From Oscillospiraceae bacterium (lineage in GTDB: Bacteria; Bacillota; Clostridia; Oscillospirales; Oscillospiraceae): 64,000 nt of DNA. This document shows positions 38,443-48,142 of this stretch, one piece after another. The stretch spans positions 9,872 through 73,871 of the forward strand of contig JAFYNQ010000027.1 of assembly GCA_017548065.1 (NCBI GenBank), given 5' to 3'. Within the stretch, counting starts at the first letter, position 1. Every line of letters starts with the position of its first letter. A model generated the notes under the pieces. It searched no databases and was not told the origin of the DNA. It saw nothing but the letters and a program-made list of their open reading frames with translations. Position numbers and translations under genes: made by a program.

Positions 38443-40659
38443 ATGCTTACTTTGGAAACCATTAAAAATGCCATCGTTCCCGTGCCCCAGCAGGTCACCG
38501 CATTGGCAGGTGAGGGTCTGTCCCTGAAGCCCACTGCCAAGTTCTGCTTCACCGCCCCCCAGGCGGAGAAAGGCCCCGTAAAGACTGCCGGTGAGAACAT
38601 GCGTGCCTTCTTGCAGAAAAACTGCGGTGAGGACTGCTTTGATCCTGCCGGTGTACCCGTGACCCTTGCTTTGGCAGAAGCACCTGCAGAGGTGAAAAAT
38701 GCCGGAGAGGCTTATAAGCTGACGGTGGATGCCAATGGTATTCAGATTGAAGGCTATGGCGAAAGCGGTCTGTTCTACGGTGTTGGCTCCTTCATGCAGC
38801 TGTGCAAGTGGGGTTCTGCCGGTGTGCAGCTGCCTGCCTTCCAGGTGCTGGACTGGCCGGACAATCCCTTCCGTGCCTATAAGGAAGAGTGCCGTTACGG
38901 CTCCAACATGATGGAAAAAGCTGACTGGTTCGCCATGATCGACGATCTGTCCTCCAAGAAGATCAACAATCTGTCCCTGGCGCTGTATGGCTGCTGGGTC
39001 ATCCAGTATGACGGCAGAGTGGCAGAGTATCTGTACCTGCCCCTGAAGAACTATCCCCAACTGAAGACCCCCATGACCGTGAAATACTACTCTCCCACCG
39101 AGGGCAAGTGGTTCAACTACGAGCAGCTGCCCCCCATTTTCCGGGATGACTTCTTCGGCGAGGTGGTGCGCTACTGTAAAGACCACGGCATGAACGTGAT
39201 CCCCGGTGTCAACTCCTTCGGTCACAACACCCTCTTCCCCCGTCTGCTGCCGGAGGTGGCTCCCAAGTCCCCCGAGGGTGTACCCCAGCCCACCGGCTTC
39301 TGCACCTCCAGTGAGGAGACCTATAAGTTCCTCTTTGAGGTCTATGATTACATCATTGACGAGTACCTGATCCCCAATGAGATGTATTCCTTCAACGTCC
39401 TGCTGGACGAGGTGTGGGATCAGTACGGCGTAAATCCCGAAAATCCCGCAGAACTGAACTCTCCCTGGTGTCAGTGCGAAAAGTGCCGTGGTAAGGAGCG
39501 CAGCGAGCTGTTTATTGAGCACACCATAAAGCTTTTGAAGCACATGAAGGAAAAGGGCATCAAGAACGTTGTGGTGGCAGGCGATATGCTTATCCGCAAG
39601 GTCTCTAAGCTGGGCGACCTGTCTGCACCCTTCCTGAAGCGTGTCCGTGAGGAAAACCTGCAGGATATCCTCTTCTTTGACTGGTGGTGGTACAGAGATG
39701 TGAAGGAGCAGCTGGACTTTGTGATTGAACCCGATGAACTGGGACTGCGCAGCTTCTTCTGCCCCTGGAACGGCTACTATATCTGGAGTCTGCTGGATCA
39801 GCCGCTGCGCAACAACCAGATCATGGCAGAGATGAACCACAATGCCAAGTGCGGCGAGGGTATCTACCAGTACGCCATGTGGGATCGCAGCTATGACCGT
39901 GTCCATGACTGCTTTGCCGACTACGGCTGGAACTTTGTGGGTGCAGGCTCTGTGGAGGATGTGACGGAGCGTTATGTAAACCGTCATTTTGCTCCCATGG
40001 CACGCAAAGTGCGCCATGCTTTTACCTTGATGGACTGGATCACCGAGCAGCGCACCGTGGTGCAGGACAAGGAAAACCCCGACAAGACCGTGCTGTCCAA
40101 CATCGGCGTGCTGGCGCATACGCTGTCCTATTACACCTATTGCTACTACCGCAATCCTGCCACCATGGGCGAGTATCCCCAGCACTTCCCCGGCAATGCC
40201 TTGAAGAAGGTGCTGCCCTGGCGTGCAGACTACAAACGTGTTCTTTACAGCTGTGGCGCAATGGCGAAGGAAGCCGTGGCCATCTTTGAGGAGGCTGCCC
40301 GCACCGCCGGCTGTAACAGCGAATTGGCACGTCGCATGGCTTACGAATGCCGTAACTACCAGGTGCTGGTGGAAGACTGGCTGGCACTGCTGGAGATCTA
40401 TGACCTGACCCAGAAGGGCGACCAAAAGGCGATCGCTCCCATTGCAAGAGAGCGCCAGGCAGCCCGTCTGTCCCTGATGACTCTCTGCGAGCAGGTGAAG
40501 GAAGAATGGGTGCGCAAGGCAGCCACCATGCGTAACCACTCTGTGTTTATGCAGTCCTTTGCAGATATTGCCGACTATGTAGAGTCTACCGAAAATCCCC
40601 AGCTGGATCTCATGAATATCACAGCCATCATGAGCAAGGAAAACTTTATGATCCGCTAA
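38443..40659 (+). CDS. GH20-like glycoside hydrolase (hexosaminidase fold)
   Basis: IVPVPQQ, EAYKLTV, GLFYG, DWP...R, IPGVNSFGH, LLDEV (DE catalytic pair). Confidence 0.72.
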   Translation: MLTLETIKNAIVPVPQQVTALAGEGLSLKPTAKFCFTAPQAEKGPVKTAGENMRAFLQKNCGEDCFDPAGVPVTLALAEAPAEVKNAGEAYKLTVDANGIQIEGYGESGLFYGVGSFMQLCKWGSAGVQLPAFQVLDWPDNPFRAYKEECRYGSNMMEKADWFAMIDDLSSKKINNLSLALYGCWVIQYDGRVAEYLYLPLKNYPQLKTPMTVKYYSPTEGKWFNYEQLPPIFRDDFFGEVVRYCKDHGMNVIPGVNSFGHNTLFPRLLPEVAPKSPEGVPQPTGFCTSSEETYKFLFEVYDYIIDEYLIPNEMYSFNVLLDEVWDQYGVNPENPAELNSPWCQCEKCRGKERSELFIEHTIKLLKHMKEKGIKNVVVAGDMLIRKVSKLGDLSAPFLKRVREENLQDILFFDWWWYRDVKEQLDFVIEPDELGLRSFFCPWNGYYIWSLLDQPLRNNQIMAEMNHNAKCGEGIYQYAMWDRSYDRVHDCFADYGWNFVGAGSVEDVTERYVNRHFAPMARKVRHAFTLMDWITEQRTVVQDKENPDKTVLSNIGVLAHTLSYYTYCYYRNPATMGEYPQHFPGNALKKVLPWRADYKRVLYSCGAMAKEAVAIFEEAARTAGCNSELARRMAYECRNYQVLVEDWLALLEIYDLTQKGDQKAIAPIARERQAARLSLMTLCEQVKEEWVRKAATMRNHSVFMQSFADIADYVESTENPQLDLMNITAIMSKENFMIR

Positions 40660-40667
40660 CCGAACGA

Positions 40668-40695
40668 CCGCCCCTGCCCGTAAGGGTAGGGGCGG
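40668..40695. other. Intergenic stem-loop (GNRA loop, no U-tract)
   Basis: CCGCCCCTGCCC-GTAA-GGGTAGGGGCGG. Confidence 0.55.
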
Positions 40696-40721
40696 GCACA
40701 TGCTGCGTAGAGGAAAAAGAA

Positions 40722-41480
40722 ATGAAAATACTTTCCGTGGGCAACAGCTTTGCAGTGGACACCATGACACTGCTGCCCCAGGTGTTAGGCGCTGCCGGGG
40801 TGGAATGCACCCTGGGCTGTCTTTACATTGCCGGCTGCTCCATTGCCCAGCATTACGAGAATTTTCTTAACGAAGAACCGGGCTATATTTACCATGCAAG
40901 CCGTGGCGACGGCTGGACACAGACCCCGGATTACAGTATTCAGCGCGCGCTGAAGGAAGCACAGTGGGACGTGGTCTCCATTCAGCACGGCAGCAACAAC
41001 GGCAGCCGCTATACAGAAGCACGCTGCTATGAAGACCTGAAGTCTTTGGTAGCCGGCATAAGACAGCTGCTGCCCACGGCAAAAATCGTCTTTAACATGG
41101 CATGGGTGCCGGAGCCGGAATGCACCCGTAAGGAGATGACATCCTTCGGCGGTGACCAGCTGGCTATGTACCGGGCGGTAACGGAAACCACCCTGACCCA
41201 GGTCTGCCCGGTGGTGGATGGGGTCGTGCCTACAGGAACGACAGTCCAGAATGCCCGTACGGTGTACCCCGGCAAGCTGACCCGTGATAATTTCCATTTA
41301 AGCCTTGACCTGGGCAGATATATGGCGGCGCTTACCTTTGGCGCCATGCTCTGCGCCTTTGACCCGGAGCAGATCTCCTGGCACCCGGAAACGGTGACGG
41401 CGGCAGAAGCAAAGCTGGCTAAGCAGTCTGCCATCGCCGCCCTGAAAACGCCATTCCAGGTCACCCCCATGACAAAATAA
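40722..41480 (+). CDS. SGNH (DUF4886-like) hydrolase, no signal peptide
   Basis: KILSVGNSF, LYIAGCS, WDVVSIQ, RDNFHL (DxxH), GRY. Confidence 0.8.
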   Translation: MKILSVGNSFAVDTMTLLPQVLGAAGVECTLGCLYIAGCSIAQHYENFLNEEPGYIYHASRGDGWTQTPDYSIQRALKEAQWDVVSIQHGSNNGSRYTEARCYEDLKSLVAGIRQLLPTAKIVFNMAWVPEPECTRKEMTSFGGDQLAMYRAVTETTLTQVCPVVDGVVPTGTTVQNARTVYPGKLTRDNFHLSLDLGRYMAALTFGAMLCAFDPEQISWHPETVTAAEAKLAKQSAIAALKTPFQVTPMTK

Positions 41481-41526
41481 AAAATCCCGACGGACGTGGA
41501 ACACCACCTCCGCCGGGATCATTTTA
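41481..41526. terminator. Bidirectional terminator (imperfect stem)
   Basis: ATCCCGACGGACGTGG-aaca-CCACCTCCGCCGGGAT with A- and T-tracts between convergent genes. Confidence 0.65.
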
Positions 41527-41529
41527 TTG

Positions 41530-41940
41530 TCAGATCTTATCCAGAACTTCCTTCAAAAACGTGGAGGAAGTGCCGTTGGTGTAGGGGAAATAGACGATCT
41601 CCACACCCAGGGGGCGGAACTTTTCTTCCATTTCATTGAAAAGGGCAGAACCCTTCCAGTCGTCGCCCACAAACATCTTGTGGAAGCCCAGCTGTTCCCA
41701 AGCCTCCAGCTTGTTGCGGTTCACCTGGGGAACGACCTTGTCCACATACCGAATGGCAGCGACAATGCGGCTGCGCTCTTCGTAGCTGATGACCGGCTTT
41801 TTCTTTTTGTATTCTGCCACCAGCTCATCGGTGCTGACACCCACAATGAGGTAGTCGCAATGCTCCTTAGCGCGCTGCAGAATGTTCAGGTGACCGATGT
41901 GGAACAGATCAAACACACCGGTGGTATAGCCAATGATCAT
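41530..41940 (-). CDS. tagD: Glycerol-3-phosphate cytidylyltransferase (TagD-like)
   Basis: TTGVFDLFHIGH (HxGH), VGVSTD, VGDDW, TSST. Confidence 0.8.
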   Translation of the reverse strand: MIIGYTTGVFDLFHIGHLNILQRAKEHCDYLIVGVSTDELVAEYKKKKPVISYEERSRIVAAIRYVDKVVPQVNRNKLEAWEQLGFHKMFVGDDWKGSALFNEMEEKFRPLGVEIVYFPYTNGTSSTFLKEVLDKI

Positions 41941-43091
41941 TTTTCTATCCTCCCGAAGCATATAGTCTCCAGACGCTGCGCCACGGTCTGGGCGGCAGTG
42001 CCGGTTTCAAAGCTGCCGATCTGCCGGCAAAATGCCTGCAAACCGTTTTTGTACCCTTCTTCGTCCCAGGTTTCCATGCAGCGGCAAAGCGCCTCCATGG
42101 TCTCTGCCTTGGGGAAGGGAAGCGTAGTCACGTCAAAATACAGTCCCCGTTCCTTCTCCTGATAGGCTGACAAATCCGGCATATACAGCACACAGGCCTT
42201 CCCGGCAATGGCCATGTCAAACATGGAGGAGGAGTAGTCTGTGATCAGCAGGTCACAGCTTTGCAGCAGCTCCTGCATATCCGGGTAGCCGGTCATATTC
42301 CGTCCACAGCCGGTGTCCACGCTGCCGGCAAGGTTGGGATGCAGCCGACAGCCGATGACCCAACCGTCCCCCAGGGACTGCGCCATCGCTTCCGGGGAGA
42401 AGCCGTAAAGGCTGGGCTTTCCGTCCTTGCGGAAGGTGGGGGCGTAAAGGGCAAGCTTTTTGCCCTTGGGGATGTTGTAGTAAGAAAACACTTTTTCCCG
42501 CACCGCCTCGGTGTCCCCGAAAAAGCCGTCGCAACGGGGCGTGCCGCACTCTAAAATTTCACCGTCATACCAGAAAGCTCTGCGGAAAATGTCGGTGCTG
42601 AAGCGGCAGCCGGAGAGCAGCAGGTCAATTTTTTGGGAATCTGCCTTGGCATAAGCCACATATTCCGGTTCCAGCAGCGGCGCATCCCCTTCAATTTTCT
42701 TCAGCCGCAGGGAGCTGTGCCAGGTTTGAATGTAATACTGCCCCTTGCGCTTTTCAAAACGGTGATAAGGGCCGGTGCGGTGATTGCAGATGATCACCTT
42801 GGCGGTTGCGATCTCCTGCAGATACTGCATGGAGAAATACCGCACAATGCGGATGCCCTCCGGCAGTCCCTCAGGGATGGGGCGTCCACGCTCCAGCACC
42901 CACACAAGGTCATACTTGCCGGGACATTCCCGGGCAAGCCGGGTGGCGATGTACTTGGGACTGCAGCCGAAGCTTTTGAAATTATCCGCCCAAAAGAGGA
43001 TCTTATTCTTCTTCAGCGGCATCCTCCGCCAAACCCCCAGCCATATATCATGCCGCAAGGCTTTTATTTTTTGTAGCAAATTATTCGCCAT
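41937..43091 (-). CDS. CDP-glycerol glycerophosphotransferase (TagB/TagF family)
   Basis: QTWH, GTPRCD, YAPTFR, LHP, LITDYSS. Confidence 0.88.
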   Translation of the reverse strand: MANNLLQKIKALRHDIWLGVWRRMPLKKNKILFWADNFKSFGCSPKYIATRLARECPGKYDLVWVLERGRPIPEGLPEGIRIVRYFSMQYLQEIATAKVIICNHRTGPYHRFEKRKGQYYIQTWHSSLRLKKIEGDAPLLEPEYVAYAKADSQKIDLLLSGCRFSTDIFRRAFWYDGEILECGTPRCDGFFGDTEAVREKVFSYYNIPKGKKLALYAPTFRKDGKPSLYGFSPEAMAQSLGDGWVIGCRLHPNLAGSVDTGCGRNMTGYPDMQELLQSCDLLITDYSSSMFDMAIAGKACVLYMPDLSAYQEKERGLYFDVTTLPFPKAETMEALCRCMETWDEEGYKNGLQAFCRQIGSFETGTAAQTVAQRLETICFGRIEK

Positions 43092-44613
43092 CCTTTTTTC
43101 GCAGCAGCAAAGAGCGCGCCACCTGCTTAAGATATTGAAATGCTTCTGTCTTGTGGAAAATCAGGGTGTACAGTCCGCAGAGGACAACACCGCAGGCAGT
43201 GCAGTGGAGGAAAATATCCACAAGACCGCCGAAAATGGTGATACGGGAGATCAGCCAGCCGATGACACCGCTGACAGCCAGCAGCGCCGCCAGCAGCAGA
43301 TACTGCAGGTAGTATTCCCAGGGATTTTCCTTGAAGCCTTTTTTGTAGACGATATAGGGGTCATACCAGGCATTGGTGGTCAGTCGGGCGATGATCGTAC
43401 CCAGCAGCACACCCTTCAGGCCGATAAAGTGACCCAGGATCACAGAAACCACCAGGTTGATCACAGCGGAGATCACGGGGCGCCATTTGCCATAGACGAA
43501 AAGCCCCATGGTCTGTCGGTAGTTATAAGGCGCAAACAGCATGCCACCCACGTAAATATTGCCGCAGATCACCAGCACAGTGGGGAAATCCAGCGTCCAT
43601 TCCACGCCCAGCCACAGTTCCACGGTGGGGGTAAGCGCCACCATAAAGCACACCGAGGCAATGGCGTAGATCCAGAAGGAGGCAAGGTTGGTCACCTGAA
43701 AAATCTTCTTTTTTTGCGACACGTCGTCACCGGCATTCAGGTTGCCGATGCTGGCGGTCAGGGAGGAGAAGATGGTGGAGATAAAGCTGCAAACAGAAAC
43801 GGTCAGCACCTGATAGTTGGAGTACAGACCCACCCAGGTCAGACCCACCATGGTGGTGATAATAATATTGTCTGTGGAATTCAGCGCCAGGTTGCCAATT
43901 TTGTAGATCAGAAGCGCCCGGACGTTTTTAAAGATACCTTTTGTTTCCTCTTTTGGCAGCTTTCTTTTGGTTGCATCCTTCAGGAAGGGGTAGAGCTTAT
44001 TGATTCGACGGTTGATCCACAGATTTTTTACCACATTGAATACTACGCCGAAGATCAGCATTGGAATATACTGACGGGTAAATAAAAGCAAAACGATGCG
44101 CAGCGCCTCGTGGATCACAGCAAACACGGTGTTGGTGGTGTTCAGGATGTGCTGCTTTTGATTTGCCTGCAGGAAGCTCTGGCGATAGGAGAAGAAATAG
44201 GCAATGCCCGTATCTGCCACAAACAGGAGGTAAATGAGATACAGATGATCCATTTGAGCGGTGGCTTCCGAAACCAGGGACGGCAGGAAGGGAATAAAGG
44301 CGGCTCCGGCAACAAAAATGAAAATACCGATGGCGGTGTAGGTCTTTTTGTACAGACCCATCAGTGCCTGGATCTTGGGAATGTCATTTTCCCGAATAGG
44401 CTTATAAAGGCTGAACACAATGGCTTGTCCAATGCCCAATTCAGCCAGAGAAAAAATGGTCAGAATGTTGGTAAAGAGACCGTTGACACTTAGAAAGGTC
44501 AAGCCCAGCAGCTTTATAAAAATGGTGCGGTACACAAATTGCAGGATCAGGGTAACTGCCTGACCAATGAGACCGGTGCCCATATTTTTAAGTGAGTTGG
44601 TGGTTCTGCTCAT
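43081..44613 (-). CDS. Wzx-type polysaccharide flippase
   Basis: Many TM segments; LAELGIG, LYKP, STDNIII, VGLYSNY. Confidence 0.85.
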   Translation of the reverse strand: MSRTTNSLKNMGTGLIGQAVTLILQFVYRTIFIKLLGLTFLSVNGLFTNILTIFSLAELGIGQAIVFSLYKPIRENDIPKIQALMGLYKKTYTAIGIFIFVAGAAFIPFLPSLVSEATAQMDHLYLIYLLFVADTGIAYFFSYRQSFLQANQKQHILNTTNTVFAVIHEALRIVLLLFTRQYIPMLIFGVVFNVVKNLWINRRINKLYPFLKDATKRKLPKEETKGIFKNVRALLIYKIGNLALNSTDNIIITTMVGLTWVGLYSNYQVLTVSVCSFISTIFSSLTASIGNLNAGDDVSQKKKIFQVTNLASFWIYAIASVCFMVALTPTVELWLGVEWTLDFPTVLVICGNIYVGGMLFAPYNYRQTMGLFVYGKWRPVISAVINLVVSVILGHFIGLKGVLLGTIIARLTTNAWYDPYIVYKKGFKENPWEYYLQYLLLAALLAVSGVIGWLISRITIFGGLVDIFLHCTACGVVLCGLYTLIFHKTEAFQYLKQVARSLLLRKKDGE

Positions 44614-44633
44614 GCATACTCCTTTTGGGCGTA

Positions 44634-45581
44634 TCAGCCCTTTCCAAACAGCTTGCGAAGGTGATAGTAAATTTCAGGGGCTGCAGCGGTGATACGGGTA
44701 CAGCGGTGCAGCAGACGGTATTGTGAGGGAAGACCGGGGATGTCCTTTTCAGACAGCGCCCGAAGCTGCTGCCGTAAAGCGTCGGCTTCTTTGGGAAAGC
44801 CGTCTTTTTTGGCGGCGCAGTACAAAATGCAGCCGTTTACAAACAACCGCTGACGGGTGATATCTGCCAGGTCGGAAAGCCCCAGATTTTCCAAAACAGC
44901 CAGCCGCTTTTCCATAATGGGAAATACGTCCAGCCGTCCCGGTTTGAAGCGGCTGTGGACGATGCTGCCGGGGCGCATACGGTAGCCATACAGTACAAGC
45001 TGGGTGTAGACCACCCGGTGGCACAAGGGCAGCAGCCGGGTCATCAGCTCCTCATCCTCGTGGAGAATGCCCTCCTGAAAACGCAGGGAGGCAAACAGTG
45101 TTCGGGAGAACAGCTTTGTGCAGGCGGAGGCGCCGATGCCGCCCAGGGCATAAAGCTGACGGAAAAATTCTGCCACATGGGTCTCTTCCCGGGTGTCTGT
45201 TACCTGGGTATCCGGTTGCCAGCTGTCATCCGGGACTTCCCGGTAGGCAAACTGCACCATGTCTGTGCCGGGGGTAGCCGCTGCCAGCAGCCGCTCCACG
45301 GCATCGGGGGCAAGGTAATCGTCACCGTCCACAAACATGACCCAATCGCCGGTGGCGGCATCCAGTCCTGCGTTACGGGCAGAGGACAGACCGCCGTTTT
45401 CCTTGTGGATCACCTGGATTCGGGCATCCGTAAAGCGGTCGCACAGCGCACCGCTGCCGTCGGTGGCGCCGTCATCCACCAGCAGGATCTGCAGCTGCGT
45501 GTAGGTCTGCGCCACCAGGCTTTGAACGCAGGCAGGCAAATATTCTTTTATGTTATAGACGGGAACGATCAAGCTTACCAT
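44634..45581 (-). CDS. Glycosyltransferase family 2
   Basis: IVPVYN, VDDG, NGGLSSARN, FVDGDD, HED. Confidence 0.9.
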   Translation of the reverse strand: MVSLIVPVYNIKEYLPACVQSLVAQTYTQLQILLVDDGATDGSGALCDRFTDARIQVIHKENGGLSSARNAGLDAATGDWVMFVDGDDYLAPDAVERLLAAATPGTDMVQFAYREVPDDSWQPDTQVTDTREETHVAEFFRQLYALGGIGASACTKLFSRTLFASLRFQEGILHEDEELMTRLLPLCHRVVYTQLVLYGYRMRPGSIVHSRFKPGRLDVFPIMEKRLAVLENLGLSDLADITRQRLFVNGCILYCAAKKDGFPKEADALRQQLRALSEKDIPGLPSQYRLLHRCTRITAAAPEIYYHLRKLFGKG

Positions 45582-45585
45582 AAGA

Positions 45586-46566
45586 TCACCGTAATAATAT
45601 TTGTTTCAGTCGGGAAAGCAGCAGCGACGGGTAGCAAAGCAGCTTCGTCTTGCGGCACAGCGCTCTTTGCTGATGGGGCGCAAGACCCACCGCATTGCTT
45701 TTTGCCAGCTGGCGCATAAGCTTTTTCAGCAGCTTTTGGTCATAAAGCTTCTTTTCTTCGTTGGCGTTTATCAGCGCCTCAAAGAAGCGGATCTCTGCCA
45801 AAGCTGTCTCATAGGTCTTGGGTTCTTTTGTTTGATAATTATAATAGGCTGCTGCCACAGCGCCCTCTGTGGGCAGTCCCAGCCGGAGCAGCTGCCGCTG
45901 CTTCAGGTTGCGGGCGGCCCGTTGCTTTCGCTCCGAGGGCTGCTGTGTCACCTGACCGGGATGAATCCGATAGCGCAGCAAAATTTCGGGATATACCGCC
46001 AGTGCAGCCTGCTGCGATACACGGCACCACAGCTCGTAATCCTCAAGACCTTCAAATTGGCTGTCATAGCCACCCAGGTCCAAGATCATTTGCCGCCGCA
46101 GCATAACGCTGGGATGGGCAATGGCGGAAGCAAACAGCAGGTCAATCTTCAGCTGCGCACAGCTTCCCGAATAGCAGAAGGGCTCACCGTCGCCTTCAAC
46201 GCTGAAAAACCGCACCTGCGTACCCAGCACAGCCACCTCCGGGTGTGCATCCAGGTAGGCAACCTGCTGCTCAAAGCGCCGGGGATGGGCGATGTCATCG
46301 GCGTCCATTCGGGCAATATAGTCACCCTGGGCGACAGCGAAGCCTTTGTTTAAGGTGGCGGCAACGCCCATATTCTTTTCGTTTTTCAAATACACGATTC
46401 GGGAATCGTTATAGCTTTTGATAATATCTTCTGTGCCGTCGGCAGAGCAATCATTGAGAATCAAAAACTCAAAATCCGTAAAGCTTTGATTCAGAATGCT
46501 TTCAATGGCAGCACCGATATAAGCCTCGGCATTGTATGCCGGCATTACTACACTGACTTTAGGCAT
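45586..46566 (-). CDS. Glycosyltransferase family 2
   Basis: VVMPAYN, ARMDADD, HPSV, EDYELW; ATG 46566 after GGAGG. Confidence 0.9.
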   Translation of the reverse strand: MPKVSVVMPAYNAEAYIGAAIESILNQSFTDFEFLILNDCSADGTEDIIKSYNDSRIVYLKNEKNMGVAATLNKGFAVAQGDYIARMDADDIAHPRRFEQQVAYLDAHPEVAVLGTQVRFFSVEGDGEPFCYSGSCAQLKIDLLFASAIAHPSVMLRRQMILDLGGYDSQFEGLEDYELWCRVSQQAALAVYPEILLRYRIHPGQVTQQPSERKQRAARNLKQRQLLRLGLPTEGAVAAAYYNYQTKEPKTYETALAEIRFFEALINANEEKKLYDQKLLKKLMRQLAKSNAVGLAPHQQRALCRKTKLLCYPSLLLSRLKQILLR

Positions 46567-46567
46567 A

Positions 46568-47173
46568 TTACCGTCCTCCGTTAAACCAGCTTGTGTAGTC
46601 AAAGGCATCAAAGTATTTTTTGCCGCTGCAGGCATTTACAAAGGCATCGCAGTTGCCTACAGTCTCCCGGTCTTCAAAGCCGGGAATATAGACGGCGGAT
46701 TTGATATTCGGGCAAGGCAGGTGCGTGAAGATCACCTTGTTTTTGTAGGGGAGGGCATCAAATGCCTCCATGACCTCCTCAGTACAGTCATCCTGGTCGG
46801 TCATCAGCACAAAGAGATTGTCCCAGTTGATGCGCTTGCATCTGCGCAGCCAGGCGCTTTCCGCTTCCTCCGGGGTGTGATAGTGCATGAAATAAAGGGT
46901 GATATCCTTCAGCTTTGCCACGGGATACTTCTCTTCTGTGGGAATAAACACCAGATCTTCTTCCAGGTATTCCCGGGGAGCTGTCAGAAATCGGATGAAA
47001 TCCGGGGCGGTGAGGAACAGATTCACAAAGGGGGAGCGAAAGGCAAGACCCAGGTCATGACAAATGCAGGCGCCGTTGCAGTTGGCGGAGAATACGGAAA
47101 AATCTTTATTTTTTAGCCGCAGCCGATTGTAAGCGTTGCGAAAATACCGCAGCGCCGTGTTTATTCGGGACAT
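46568..47173 (-). CDS. DUF1919-like polysaccharide biosynthesis protein
   Basis: SANCNG, F.SPFVNL, FMHY, W.RR..RIN.DNL motifs. Confidence 0.75.
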   Translation of the reverse strand: MSRINTALRYFRNAYNRLRLKNKDFSVFSANCNGACICHDLGLAFRSPFVNLFLTAPDFIRFLTAPREYLEEDLVFIPTEEKYPVAKLKDITLYFMHYHTPEEAESAWLRRCKRINWDNLFVLMTDQDDCTEEVMEAFDALPYKNKVIFTHLPCPNIKSAVYIPGFEDRETVGNCDAFVNACSGKKYFDAFDYTSWFNGGR

Positions 47174-47191
47174 AGCCGCCCCTCCTTTCTG

Positions 47192-48142
47192 TCAGTGCTT
47201 TATGCTGTAGAGAATGCGCAGCGGCAAGGCTGCTTTTTTGGACAGCAGTGTTTCCTGCAGTCCCTGGGGCGGAAAACGGGAGAAGGCCTCCTGCAGCCGG
47301 GGGTTAGCGGCAATGGCACGGATCTGCTGTAAACGGTCTTTGTCGGGATACGCCGGAGATGCGATCTGCCGGATGGCAGCCAGTGCGCCACCCACAAGAA
47401 ACAGCTTTGTATAGGTAGGTTCAAAAGTGCGGTTCCAATAGTGGGACACTATCTTCATGGCAAGGTCGTAAGCCTTTTGGCTCTTTTCCCAAAGGTCGGG
47501 ATGGTAGCTGAATACGGCGCTGCCCTCCCGAACCAGGCGGTAGTACATAGCCCTTTTTAAATACTGAATATTTTCTGCTTTTCCCATGGCTTGCAGATTA
47601 AACAGCCGATCCTCGGACAGCTTAATCCCCAAGGGAAACCGAATATCCTGCAAAAGCTCCGCACGGTACAGACAGCGCCACACAGCGCCTGCCATATACC
47701 GTAGCAGGTGGGGGGTGATTTCCTTGTAAGAGAGAAGACAGCTTTCCGGCAGCTGGTCAATGGTGTCCGGCTGGGTGTTGCCGTCCGGCAGGACAGTTAC
47801 CGCATCCCACATAACCATGTCACAATTGCTTGTAGCCTGAAAGGCGGATTCATAGGTGTCTTCTGAAATGGTATCATCTGCATCCACAAAGCCGATAAAA
47901 CGGCCGGTGGCGGCATCCAGACCTGCGTTTCTTGCTGCAGAAACACCGCCGTTTTCCTGATGGATCACACGGATGCGACTGTCCTGGGTGGCCAGCCGGT
48001 CACAGAGATCAGCGGTGCCGTCTGTGGAGCCGTCATTGACCAGGATAATTTCCAGTTTCCGGTAGGTTTGGTTAAGCACAGAGCGGACACACCGCTCCAG
48101 GTGCTGCTCACCGTTGTAAACAGGTATGATAATACTGATCAT
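47192..48142 (-). CDS. Glycosyltransferase family 2
   Basis: IIPVYN, VNDGS, GVSAARN, FVDADD, SED. Confidence 0.9.
   Translation of the reverse strand: MISIIIPVYNGEQHLERCVRSVLNQTYRKLEIILVNDGSTDGTADLCDRLATQDSRIRVIHQENGGVSAARNAGLDAATGRFIGFVDADDTISEDTYESAFQATSNCDMVMWDAVTVLPDGNTQPDTIDQLPESCLLSYKEITPHLLRYMAGAVWRCLYRAELLQDIRFPLGIKLSEDRLFNLQAMGKAENIQYLKRAMYYRLVREGSAVFSYHPDLWEKSQKAYDLAMKIVSHYWNRTFEPTYTKLFLVGGALAAIRQIASPAYPDKDRLQQIRAIAANPRLQEAFSRFPPQGLQETLLSKKAALPLRILYSIKH

Noticed and set aside
38239-40770. 843-aa minus-strand ORF
   Set aside because: Antisense to the GH20-like gene, which has promoter, RBS and motifs
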